From: Raillietiella orientalis
Taxonomy: Eukaryota
Length of the DNA: 64,000 nt
Direction: 5' to 3'
Assembly: GCA_036172245.1 (NCBI GenBank)
Contig: JAYWIR010000030.1
Coordinates: forward strand, 1,302,001-1,366,000
Each line of letters opens with the position of its first letter. Position 1 is the stretch's first letter. Below, piece by piece: positions 51,691 through 63,169 of the stretch. Under the pieces are notes generated by a model, which was given only the letters and a program-made list of their open reading frames with translations, made no database searches and was not told where the DNA came from. The position numbers were made by a program, and so were the translations under genes.

Positions 51691-54600
51691 AATTCCTCCT
51701 TCGATCTTACTGAGATGAAGAAGTGTTGGAGTGTCTCTGTGATTTCTTGAAATACGGCGGGAATCCTGAAGACTCGAGTGGTAATGAAGCAACTAAAATC
51801 GAGCCGAATAAGGACAGGTGCTTTCCAGACTAAGGACTGCTTCCTTCTGATCACTGACGATCGCATGCCCACGCTTTCCGCATCGCACCACACGATTTTC
51901 CAAAAAAAAATCCTCGTTCTCGGTGGGTTGGAATTATTCGTCCCTCCCATACCTCCTCCGTCCCATAGTTTTTGGATCCAAATTTGTCATGTCAGCAGAC
52001 ATGGAAACCTCGAAAAATTCCCTGAAGGCTTTTTAAACAGATCCACAAATGGAGATAAATAGGTGTGCATGAAAAATTTATGTGCTGGGCTGACCAATCA
52101 CGGCATCGTCCTTTCTAGTTAATTTGTTCTCCCAAGTTGACCACACAGCGTTGTAAACGCTCGAGCCACGTTCCATCTGCTTGCCATCTAAGTGCATCTT
52201 CCTCCAACGTTAAACAGCACAATGGGTCATCTTTCTTCAGCAGCTCCTGAACAGGGTTGAGAAAGAGGCGGGTTCCAGTTGAAACAGGGCAATGTGATCC
52301 CGATGATTCAAATGCCACTCTGGTTAAAACTGGACATCAATCCCAAACGGGGGTGAATTCGAACTACTGCACCTTTCGGACCTGTCCACAAAGAAGGACT
52401 TCGATGAAAGCACTTGAGGTCAAATTAACCAAGGAGACAACAAAACGGTCTTCCTTCTATGCAGTTCTCTATTACAAACCGGCGTGGTGTGCGTGGATTT
52501 TCGGAAACGGCGAATAGTCACGTGCAGTTTCGGTTTCCACGTCTGTCGGCAGGTTTATTGGCACCACCTTATTTTATACAGGAACAAAAAAGACCTCTCG
52601 TTTCAATTTTTTTTCCTTCACCCCTTGTACCCTCAGATCTGATCCGTTCTTCCACGGATAAGGTGCTTCTCCATGGGGTTTCTGATGCGCTGTTCATTCA
52701 AAGAAGCACAGACTGACCAAAGCCAATTTAGACTGCTTTGGGTATACACCTCACAAGAATTGCGATGGGAATTCATCCTGGATTCCTTTCGGTGCGATGA
52801 ACTAGGGAAGGCAGGAAAACTGACTCGATATTCGGGTCCATGCGAGGACTATGTGAGCAGCTATCTATGAAAAAAAAGCATTTTTCGAATTTCCTACTGC
52901 GAACAGCCTCGGTGCCAGCCTGCTTTGTTTACTGTGCTCACATGCATGTGAAAGTGGGAAGATTTCGGGATCCGTAGGTCTCAAGGACTTTCCAATAACG
53001 GGAAGCCCGCTCCTTCCACGCCACGTGCATTGGCAGCATAGGTCACTTCTCCCTGCAAGGGTGCGCTTGTCAACGACTGGAAACTTCTCGCCATCATTTG
53101 ATCCAAGACGGTTCTGGGAGGTCTTCAGCATTTGTTTTCCTGCGTGGATTTCTACCGAAAGCTCTCGAGGGAGGAGCTCAGCGCCCCACAACTCTCTCAT
53201 GCCTGATACAGAGCGAATCTCCATTTGAAAAATGTATCCTTGCTTCCAAAACACGATAAACGCAACCTTGCAAGCTTCTTCTTCAGTTCCAAGTGCTGAC
53301 CTCCAGACGCTTCTGCCGTTTTCACTGGACCGAAAGCGCCTTCGTTGAGGAGTTCTGCATCCGACCGTGCTCACAGCACTTTCTGCTCACTCCGAAATGG
53401 CGACCATTTTCGAACGAGGTCACTAGGATCATCTTTCAGTTTGGAATTCATCTTGGAGGCAACAACTCCCAACGCATTTCCAATTTTGTTCCTTTCTTTC
53501 ATCCTTGCTGGTCACAGTCACGACTCTTCAAGTTCCATCCACAGACAGCAGTAGCATCGTGGCAGGTGGATAGCACACGGAAGAAAGAGCTTCTCTTGAT
53601 AAAGCATCCTCCATTCACACACTCTCCTCGAAATACATCATCGGCTGCGAGTTAGTGACGTCACAGGACCACGTCTTCACAAATTGGGCTCCTGACTGCA
53701 GCCAGGGGCTTCCAGACGTCTTGCAAAAAGACTCTTTTTCAGTCACAAGTGCAAAGACAGTCCAGACAAATGTTTGTTCAGCGGTAACCCAAACAAATTT
53801 CTCCCGAACCACATTTTCCTTGAGCAGAGTTCTGGCAGACAGGTGGTACGTTTACTTTTCGTCTATCATTAAGGATCCTGGTATGGCTGCCGCCGTGTTT
53901 TTGGGGGGTCACACTGTGCTTTTGGATGGTTTCTGAGCGTCTTTTCCACCAGATGCCGTGAATGCTGTAGTGCTTCACGAGAGAAGAAGGCGCTGATGCC
54001 ATGAGATCTGCTAACTACAGGGAAGCGTCGTAGTTGGACCGTTTGAAAGCGACTCCGCAAAAGTATTCCGCACAGCACAAATCTTTCCCACCGCCCCACG
54101 CATTTTCTGCATTCTCCACACTGTAGATCGAAAGGAATTTCAAATGCGTTTATTCAGACGTGTTTGGCAAGTGACCTTTCCATTGGAATCTTTTGGCTTT
54201 TTTTTTCTCGGTTCAAGAAAAATTGCTCCTAACGAGGAGATTCGGAAGCTAGTCTAAACACATGGCTGAGGGGGATTTCAAACATCAGGTTGGAAATCAG
54301 CGAGGGCATCCATAAGGACTGGTGATTGAGCAGCGACCATTCTTTAGCACTTATCCTCCAGTGTCCTTATTCCTCGCAGCGCGGCTTCCATGGAGCACAA
54401 GTCGGTGAGTCTTTTTAAAGTAATGAAATGATTGATCTTGCAGGCTTGTAATCGCATATATTTTCTGCAGTTTTCGAACACTATGAGACTATCAGAGTCT
54501 CTTCTCATTCTCTAATAAAGCTATCAGCTTTCCCGATCATAATCCACGGAAATCCTGCAACGGCCACTTCTTTCGATGGGCTGAAAAGCAGGTTAGAAAG

Positions 54601-54829
54601 CAGCATCCGTTCGTTCAAATAACCCAGACGAGGAAACAGCACTTTTATTTGTGCTCAGCCAGGAATCCTTTAACTCGATGCTTCCAATCTTCCCTGATAT
54701 GAATAAGGGAATAAAGCGAAGTTTTTGCGGAACTAGGGAACGATCCTACTATCGTGCTGTAGAATTTCGAATCCAATTTCGAAAGGAAAAGCCCTGAGAT
54801 TCAGCTTGTTACAGAGAATATAATGGAAA

Positions 54830-55810
54830 GGTAAGGGAAGACTGGCACAATGGAAAATCGATATATGAACAAGGGAAGGCTCATTGGAGGATTTGAAAAA
54901 TATTTTGCCAAGAGTGGCAGTCCTCGGTAACGAGACTTTGAGGAATTTGGTTCGCATTCCCCACGACACTCTTCCCACGAATCAGTTCATGTAGAAGAGA
55001 ACCAAGCTTAGTCTTCATGGTGATCTCATCCTGGCAAGAGTAGCCATCACATGGAATCTCTGCTGAAACACTTAGTAAAGCGAAAAGCAATGCAGTGCAG
55101 GCCACTGGAGATGTTGCTGAAGAGGATGGAGAGCAACAAAAGTCCAACTCTTATCGGCAAGTGAAGACTTTCAGGAAGGGTAGTTTTTTTTCCCACTGAG
55201 TAATCCCATGCACTCTTGTGAACAGTAGTTATACCTGGACAAATGGGCATTGAGCAAATGTACATTTATAAGAGAAAGAGTGCACCGAGATGGGAAACTC
55301 AACCACTGCAAAATAGGTCAGGGTCCAAAATTTTCGAAAATGATTTCATCATGAATAGACTGAGAATCCAAATGTCATGAAACTTTGATGGGATGTATCC
55401 CTCAGAGCCACACGTTCTTTTGAACACTCATTTCACTAACCAGTACATACCTTCTAGGGTGGGCGTAGAGGAAACACCTGCCTTAGGTATACTCCCAGGC
55501 ATTCTTGCTTGTTTAGTGAACGCTTGCTGATTTCCTAAGAGTCAATCCACTGTTTCAGAAATAGGGGTCGATGGTTCATTGAAATTGAAGGATAGGAGAT
55601 TCTCAAGCAGTGCTTTGGAGGCCACGTCCAAGTATGGACTTGAGAAGCCTAGAGGGTTTCCAAGTCCCAACACATCACTGGCATTTTTCTGATGCTCTCC
55701 TTCCACGGAGAGGAATCTCTGGAAATTCTTAGCTCTGTCACTCCACCTGGTAGGATCCATTTTTCTGTTCCTAAGAGATTTGGCAATCATCTCCTTGATT
55801 CCCCTGTTTT
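54830..55810 (-). pseudogene. Candidate endogenous viral element: bunyavirus (phenui-like) L polymerase fragment
   Basis: RNRKMDPTRWSDRAKNFQRFLSVEGE...VLGLGNP..GFSSPYLDVASKALLENLLS parallels the remembered phlebovirus L segment KNKEEETEPSSLSKMYKKIIELE...FLGYKDP...EFSVSYLKEACNHAKLVLRS. Downstream, NISSGLHCI (motif B-like TSSLLHTI) and CDGYSCQDE (motif C-like region) follow in order. Stops and frameshifts present. Confidence 0.55.
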
Positions 55811-57122
55811 CAGACGGGAAAATGGAACTTCCGTATCAGCTCACGAACGGTTTTAATCTTCGTGGATTTCTCAAGCTCTATCCTCACCTGGGCCATTAGT
55901 CGCACTTCAGTCAACACCTTCAGGCTTTCCGATGGCGATCGCTTTTGGGTGAATGAGAGGCCAAATCCAGGCAGTAAAGGTGTTTAAAGGTTTTAACACG
56001 CTAGAGTCAAATCGTAGTTCAAAGACCAAATTATCCATAAAATGTTTATGCTATGCTCTCTATTTGATACTTTGCACACACTCGTAGGAAAAGAAAATTT
56101 TTGATTGCTTCTTCTATTCTTCTCGTGATCGTAAAAAGGACCGGAAAAGCGCAACTTAAAACAAACGGATAATTAGATCTTTGATGATGATGCCAGTTGA
56201 GGAGAGTCCGGGGGAGAAATGTTTTGTCTTAATTGCCTTCTGAAATTGGTTTGGGGAATTGGATTCCAGAATGACCAACTCATTGCTTCTATTTGTATGA
56301 ATCTCGCAAAAAAGAAAAGAAAGGAACCCGCTGGTAAAAACCAAACCCTCCAGTCAGTACAGAACAAGGCAGAACGAATTAATATTTCCATAATTCCTGT
56401 GAACATGAAGCGGTCCAGGAATGGAGAGTCAGCTCTCCCTGAGATCGAATCAGCATCCCCAAACATCAGGTTTCCTTTTTGTGCCTTCTAACGCTGATGC
56501 CATGATGAGGTGTGTGAGTGGGAGTTGGGGTCAAGTGAAACTTTTGATTCCTTCCGAGCATGAAAGGTGTCTCGATGGAAATTACAACATGGAAACCAAA
56601 CCAGCTCTTCCCTACTGCGAAGCCAAAGTGGGGCACTGCAAGACCAAGGTTTTAAAAAAAAAAAATGCCCATGAGGAGCGCTCACTGGATTTCTCGGAGT
56701 TTTTGTGGGAAGCATCTGATCACCATCAGATGCTTCCGTCAGATCACCTACCACTCCTGAATGCGCCGTTTAGCATGCCGAAATTACCAGGGGAAGCACT
56801 CGAGTGCAAAGGTGCGAGGGGGCAGCAGCCGGATGCAGTCCAGCGATCCTTGATGTGCAAAAGAGATGGTTTGCCTGCGAATCCCTGCTTCGGTGTCTAC
56901 TCGCCGAAGATCACGTCAGTCCTGTGCACGATGCATCTCAAAGAAGTAAGCATCTCCGACTCCAAAGCACTCACATCAGAAGAAGGCGGTGCCTGATGTG
57001 GGACAGCATCGTGCGTCAAGCCACTTCGCATCGCTTGGCATTCGCTGCAAAGTCAGACTCGAGGTTTAAGCCGCCCGCCTCGTATTTTGAGATCTCGCTG
57101 CTGGGAGCCATGCTGATGGTAG

Positions 57123-57545
57123 TTGCTGGGAGTCAGCACGTTGGCGCGTCACGCCGAGAAGTCGTATACGGAGAGAGCTGGCGAGCTCCAAGTAGCTAAC
57201 CCTGCACACCTTAAGGATATTCTCGGACTGCAGATTGAGACATGGGGCTTGACTGAACCTCTTCCTTGCTTGCAGGAAGAGCACCGCCTTCCTGAGACGG
57301 AGCTGGCTGATGTGGGACATGACCACATCCTCAATTACTGCACCAGCTGTCACACGATGGTCATCAAACCACACGGCGAGCAGTGGGAACCTTTCGGGAA
57401 ATGGGATTTGGTTACTTACAACAAACTCATACCAGAAATAGGACTCAAGAATGAGACCAGGTCTGGTGAGCCAAGGAAAAGGATCCGTTGGGATGGTCCC
57501 AAGGCGATGGAAGACGCTAAGCAGAAACGGATGAGCAAATGCTGA
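57123..57545 (+). other. Unassigned 140-codon ORF with protein-like composition and a CxxCH motif
   Basis: HILNYCTSCHTMVIKPHGEQWEPFGKWDLVTYNKLIPEIG. No family recognised, and neither an ATG start nor splice support is established. Confidence 0.15.
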
Positions 57546-58269
57546 TGGGAGTTGGCCCTTTGTGCTCTTCGAACAGAGGGCCCCCTACAAAGAAGTAACC
57601 ACTGCGCCGTGGGATTCTTGGGACTGGAGGACCCAGACAGCTACGGCATGTAGAGGACGCTGAAGATCCTGCAAATGTAAGAAGATGGAATGGGAAAGAC
57701 GGTCTGCACGCACGTGCAGTATTCCGTTGACCTTTACCAGAAGCAAGAAATGGGTCAGTGACCAAACCAAGTCTGCCCTTTCGTTCGGATTCTCTGGGAA
57801 GAACGGATTCATCCAGAAAACGAGTAGGGTTAGCAAACCATTTCTTTTGGACATCACGCGAACCCTTCTCTTCGTGCGATGGAAGAATCCAATCCAAATT
57901 TGAGAATTGTCGAGTGAATCGTCGAGTTGGTCTCTCTCGAATAACGGAAAAGAAAAAAACACACACATGGGAATTCATTTTCTAATTTTCAAATTGTTGA
58001 AGGAAAGAGCAGTGCAACACCATGAATTGGTGACGGTCATGATCAGAACCGGAATGATTTTCCTATAGGTCAGGCGAATTATCCCAACCCATATTGCGTT
58101 GAATCCTTCCGTGCGGCTTCGTAATGGAAAAGAGTTATACAAATCAGCAATCACACAAGCATCCATTTATCCCTTCTAAAGTTCTGAGTTCCCCTCACCG
58201 ATCCCATTTTTTGTCCAAGAAGAACGCAAAAGGACAGGACTCTGGAGCTGAAATCTCAAGAATGAGCTC

Positions 58270-59290
58270 GCGCTGGCGGTCGCGCCGCTGAGGTGCCACC
58301 AACCGTTGCGGGTTCGAATCCCCACGTGGAGGATCGACTGTAGAGAAGATGAGGGTGAGTCTGGGTTTCCAGTCCATCCCGCAAGATGACGCTGGCTGGC
58401 CCATTCGGGTGAGCTGCACTAATTGACACCCAGTCACACCGAAACGTTTATTTATAAAAAATAAACGAACACGTCTGTGGCAGGACGTTTGATCCTGCCA
58501 CGTTACTTATGAATACGAGAAGGAATTTGCCTGGATCTGGCATGTAGGCCAGTGTGGCTCGCTCGGAAGCACAGGAAAAGGAGAGACAAACAAAAAGAAA
58601 AAAAAAAAAGGAAAAATACAGTCAAAGAATGGGGTGAGTGGGTGGGTGGGAAGGGATCACTGTGTGCTGGAGGGCGTCCTCTGCATCCTTGTAAGGATGC
58701 CGTCAAGTTCCTGTTTTATGGTCTCCAGATGGGGCCATCTTGACTTGCAGTACACTGATGGAAGACGGAAACCGGATGCCTCCGTTGACTGGCCAGGATT
58801 GACAGCTTACCTTCCGCAGTCCCTTCCTGAAATCAAGGAGCCGATTCCCTTAGGGGTTTCCCTCCGGTTGTCAAAATGAAGCTGTTCCCTCCCTCGGGGG
58901 AAGACCCATAATCGCGTACCATGGAACTGGTTGATACCCTCTTCGGAGGTTTGCCTCTCCAGAGTTAAAAAGCGTGTTGCTCCCTTAAGGAACGTCCTCC
59001 AGAGGAATTGGGAAGCGTTTCTTTGAGGTTCTCTTCAGAGGAGGAAACAAGCAGCGATTCCCTTGCGGGTTTCCTTCGGAAAGGAAATTCCAGGAGGAGG
59101 AGAACGATAGGAGGAGAGAGAGAGAAAGAAGGAAGAAGGAGGAGCGGATCCTTTTGCGGTTTCCTTCGGAAAAAAAATGTGCAGCAGTACCCTCCGGGGG
59201 TTCCTTCAGAGAGAATAAGGGAGTTCCAGGTTTGGGTTTCCCTATCAAGCATAAGAGGGAAACCTTTCTTCCCCCGGAGCCTTCCTGGGT
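58270..59290 (+). mobile_element. SINE-like host repeat, copy 4 (interrupted), with tandem-unit tail
   Basis: B box at 58311-58321. The host resumes at about 58747. Degenerate ttccttc(a/g)ga tandem units at about 58985-59290. Confidence 0.65.
58424..58746 (-). mobile_element. Tx1/L1-like 5'-truncated insertion (~320 bp) in the host target site
   Basis: Same 3' terminus as the other insertions, perfect hairpin gtggcagga-cgtttga-tcctgccac (58477-58501), degenerate TSD. Confidence 0.8.
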
Positions 59291-60732
59291 TCTCCCGGGT
59301 GTTTCCTCGCATGCCGAGAGCCTGGAGTACGTGACTAATTTGCAGCTGGATGCGTTCGGGAAGTGCTCTTTGACTGACGTCACACCAAAACCTACCGAGC
59401 CCACTAAGTCTTTGCTCCCTACAGCTTGCGTGCTTGTCCGAGAATCGGAGGTGCCTCCCAGCAACTACCCCAGTACGTCGCGTTTACTTTGCCATTGAGC
59501 CATGACCATGTCATCCTGCGCACGTCTTGTTGCTTCGTTCCGGAAGAGACACCAAGAAAACACCGTTCTTCACGCTGTGAAAGCATTCCGGTGCAGCTTT
59601 CTCGCGAGTTGGATCGTCCGATCTGCAGGGGAATTTTTTGCGACCCGCGTTGGTGTGCACGCGAACAGCACATGGTGGCCTGGACTCCTCCCGTCCAGAT
59701 CTTCACATCGAGCAAACAAGAGGCCGACGTATCCGACACGCTGCAGGTGTGCAAAAACATGCTGCCCAGGGAACGGAAGGAACGCTGCTTTGCTGTTGTA
59801 TTTGTCGAGGCAAGAAGAAAACACCCTTACTGCATCCAGGGTTCAATTTCTTTGTTGTCATCCTTGCGATTCCGGGGCGGTCTTCGAGAAAGCAGACGAA
59901 TCCTGGGGGAGCTTCGAAGAAGGGAGCTCACACATCCAGAAGAAAAAAACAACAGCAGCACGCACACGCACAAACAGCTTTCGAGTTTCTCCAGGATGGC
60001 GGCGGCTGGGAAAACAACTGCATTCCCTGTTCTCGCGGACTGATAAGAAATCGAATGATATTGAATTTTGCATTTCAGGAGTTCCCGGAGTTGTGAGGAT
60101 TCCCGACGTCGGAAAAGGAAGAGAGGTGATGTGCACGAGGCAGGTGGAATTGCTCTGGCTTCAAGCACCGGTGAAATTCGGTGCAGCTCTTGTGGCGGTA
60201 AAATTGCGTTTCCATCGCAGCACGTAGCTGAAACTGAAGTCAGCTGAAGGGTGCTGTCCAGGATGCCAGTGGCGCTGCCTAGGCTTCTTGAAATATTCTC
60301 TGTGTCGCACGAGGGTCCAATGAAATGGGGAAATGCATTCACCGGGAAGAAACATGGAAAGCAGTCCATTGGGAAACCTGGCATTTGTGATGATGGCCTG
60401 CACTCTTGGCAACATTCTCTGCAGGGTGTGACATAGCAGCAGCCTAACTGAAGACTTGACCTCACTTTGGTTCTTTCATTTGGGTTATGTCTCGCTATTT
60501 TTCTTCCCGCTTTCGTTCGCTTAGGAGCTCACTCAGCTCTTTGATACACTGTTCCCATGCTACTCAAAGTCAACTGCGTGTCAACTCTTCAAGTTCCTCC
60601 TTCAAGCTCTTCAAGCATCCTGGGAGGAGACGACCTTATAAATCCAGGAAGGCTCCGGAGGGAGGAGTCCATGTCCCTCTTACGCTTAGTAAGGGGACTC
60701 CGAAGGAAACCACCCATCCTGGTTGTCTCCTA

Positions 60733-61290
60733 TTTCCACCTGGACATGCCGGAACATTCATTAGAATTCAAAAGAAACTTAAATTGTGGTGGGACACGTG
60801 GTGGTTCTACCACACTCCGCTTGTGCGTGGACCTTCCGGGTCTTCGGTGAGCAGACCTGCGGGGCTCACCTCGACAGCGAAGGATGAGGGAAGAAAACAA
60901 AAAGGAAAGAGTAAATAAAAATCTTTGGAATGTTCGTAAAGGGGTCACTGCCCTCTGGAGGGGGTCTGCATCCTTTCCAAGATGACAGCAAAGTGCATCC
61001 GAATAGGTCTCAGGTGGGGCCCATCCTTCCACTATCCACAGAAAGCGAACTGCGAACTGGACGGCGTCCTTCCCGTTTCTTCCCCTGTCGGCTTCTCTCC
61101 AGCCCACCGCAATCCCGCGGATGCAGCAAATAAGGGGCTGCGGCTAGCTGCAGGGTGTCCCTCACGAAGAGGAGCTGTAAAACGTTCCTTGGAAAGGTGC
61201 CAACCGGGATTTGAAAGGCTCCCACAGGGGCCGGAGGGCAATACAGTCCACAGGTGAAGATTCGCGTTCCTCGTACCTGCGACAACCCTG
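60733..61290 (-). mobile_element. Tx1/L1-like 3' fragment, another subfamily
   Basis: Terminal motif tttccacctggacatgc, hairpin at 60785-60814, and the ctggaggggggtctgcatcc ORF end homologous to the 25 and 47 kb copies. Confidence 0.7.
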
Positions 61291-61309
61291 AAGTCTCAAC
61301 CTCTCCAGC

Positions 61310-62350
61310 CCCTCTCGCCTTGTCAGTCTCTTCGGGGAGGAACCCCGAAGGGAGACTCCTTATTCTCTCGCGAGGAGCCCCCCGAGGGAGCCACTATTTC
61401 TCACTCTTCGCCGGAGGGAACCAGCAAGGGAACCGTTCCCTGTTTCCTCCTCTCCTGAAGAAAACCCCGAAGGGACGCTTCCCAATTTCTCTGAAGGATC
61501 CCTCCCAAAGGGAGCGGCGCACTTCTTGACACTCTGGAGAGGCATCAAACAACCGGTTCCATGGTACTCCATGGTACTCGACGGATCCATTTTCTCAACC
61601 GGAGGGGAATCTTGAAGCTGCTTGATTCCTGGAAGGGACCTCGAAGGTCCAGCTTCCAATCCCGGCCGGTGAACGGTGGCATCCAGGGGTTTCCGACTTC
61701 CACCAGGGCTGCACCTCTTTCTAAGCGGCGGCCTCACGCCGGCTGCATCCCTAGCAGCACTGCGCTGCCTAAGCGGGATCGTGGTCGCATGGAGCAACGC
61801 CAGAGGCCAGAACGAGTACAGGGGCGCCATCTAGTTTTCTGTCCTCTTCTTGAGGACAGCGTCAAGGTGGCCCCATCTGGGAACCATAAAACAGGAACTT
61901 GCCGGCATCCTTACAAGCATGCAGAGGGAGCTCTCCAGCACACAGTGTTCCCTTACCGAACCCCTTATTTTTTTGGACTGTACGTTTTTTTTTTCGTTTT
62001 GTCTGTCTCTCCTTTTCCTGTGCTGCCGAGCGAGCCACACTGGCCTACATGCCAGATTCCGGCAGGTTCCTTCTCGTATTCATAAGTAACGTGGCAGGAT
62101 CAAACGTCCTGCCACAGACATATAGGTTTAGAAATAAAACGCCCCAGCGTGACCGGATGTCAACCAGTGCCACACACGAATGGACCAACCAGCATCATCT
62201 TGCAAGGGGGACTCAAAATCCACAACGCCTCCCCCCCCTTCATCCCTCACCCCATCCTCTCTGACGTTAATCCTTCACATGAGGATTCGAACCCGCAACG
62301 CCTGGTGGCACGCGCGAAGATCGCAGCTACGCGGCCGCCAACGCGAACGG
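61310..62350 (-). mobile_element. SINE-like host repeat, copy 5 (inverted, interrupted)
   Basis: Reverse B box ggattcgaacc at 62283-62293. The downstream segment and tandem tail lie at 61310-61715. Confidence 0.65.
61716..62162 (+). mobile_element. Tx1/L1-like 5'-truncated insertion (~450 bp) in the host target site
   Basis: TSD accagggctgcacc (61702-61715) / accagtgccacac (62163-62175). Hairpin at 62091-62115. AATAAAA near the 3' end. Confidence 0.82.
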
Positions 62351-63169
62351 AGAGACGTCCTCAGGATGCACGGCCCTGCACTGGATCGCAGGAAATCCAG
62401 ATATCCCTGATCCATCGTTTGCCAAATGAGTCCACGAGAGCCAACTCTGAGATGGTTCATCGTACGCAAGTTCAAGGAAACGATGAAAAAAAGTCCAAGA
62501 GCAGAAAAGAACAAAAAGATGAACGTTTTTTCAAGTTTTGGCGAGGACATTTCTTCTTCCTCCGACGTTCTTTCATCGGTAAACAGCAGACACAGTATGC
62601 AGAGATCGGAAGCCGCGACTATCAACCTCGCCTTTGAAGAAGAGGCTGAAAAGCTCAGCTTCCGATGGACCGTGAGCTGAGAGCCTGCTTCCGGGCTCGC
62701 ACAAGGTGATCATCTCTCATGGGGATGAGAATCCAGATCTGCTAAGATCCCTTCGCTCTCGGAGCAATCTCCTTCTCCGCATATCTCTTCCCCATTTTCT
62801 TTCCTTTTGCTCACAAGCTGTAGCGTCACAGGGGTGCTGTTTATCAAGGCTGCAGTTGCCGACTCTCTGGAAGATGTGTGCGGACATGCATACTCAGTGC
62901 ACTTCACGTCTCCAAGACGTCACCAGACGGCTCCAATCTCCACTGAAGCTGACTTGCGAAAGTTGATTGAAATTGGCCGCGTCTCGCAGCATGATCTGAA
63001 TCAGTTGCTGCTCCGTCTGCAACTGCCCTTCAGGTCCCCTTCCGTTTGCCTCCGTTTGCGCTGCCTCTGGGTTGCAGGAGCATTTGCGCTCTGACAGACC
63101 TTCTCTGGCTCAAAACTCCTGACTGTAGGTGATATCTCGAAAATCGAGTCCCCCGATGCATCGACCACT

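Noticed and set aside
52865..53374. Gypsy RT-like KVAFI motif in a 169-aa ORF
   Set aside because: No MPFGL or YxDD motif follows.
56804..56960. hAT transposase-like ILDVQKRW motif
   Set aside because: An isolated motif with no terminal inverted repeats or other hAT blocks.
59426..60465. Several overlapping 150-240 aa ORFs
   Set aside because: Open on both strands with no recognisable domain, so no coding frame can be chosen.
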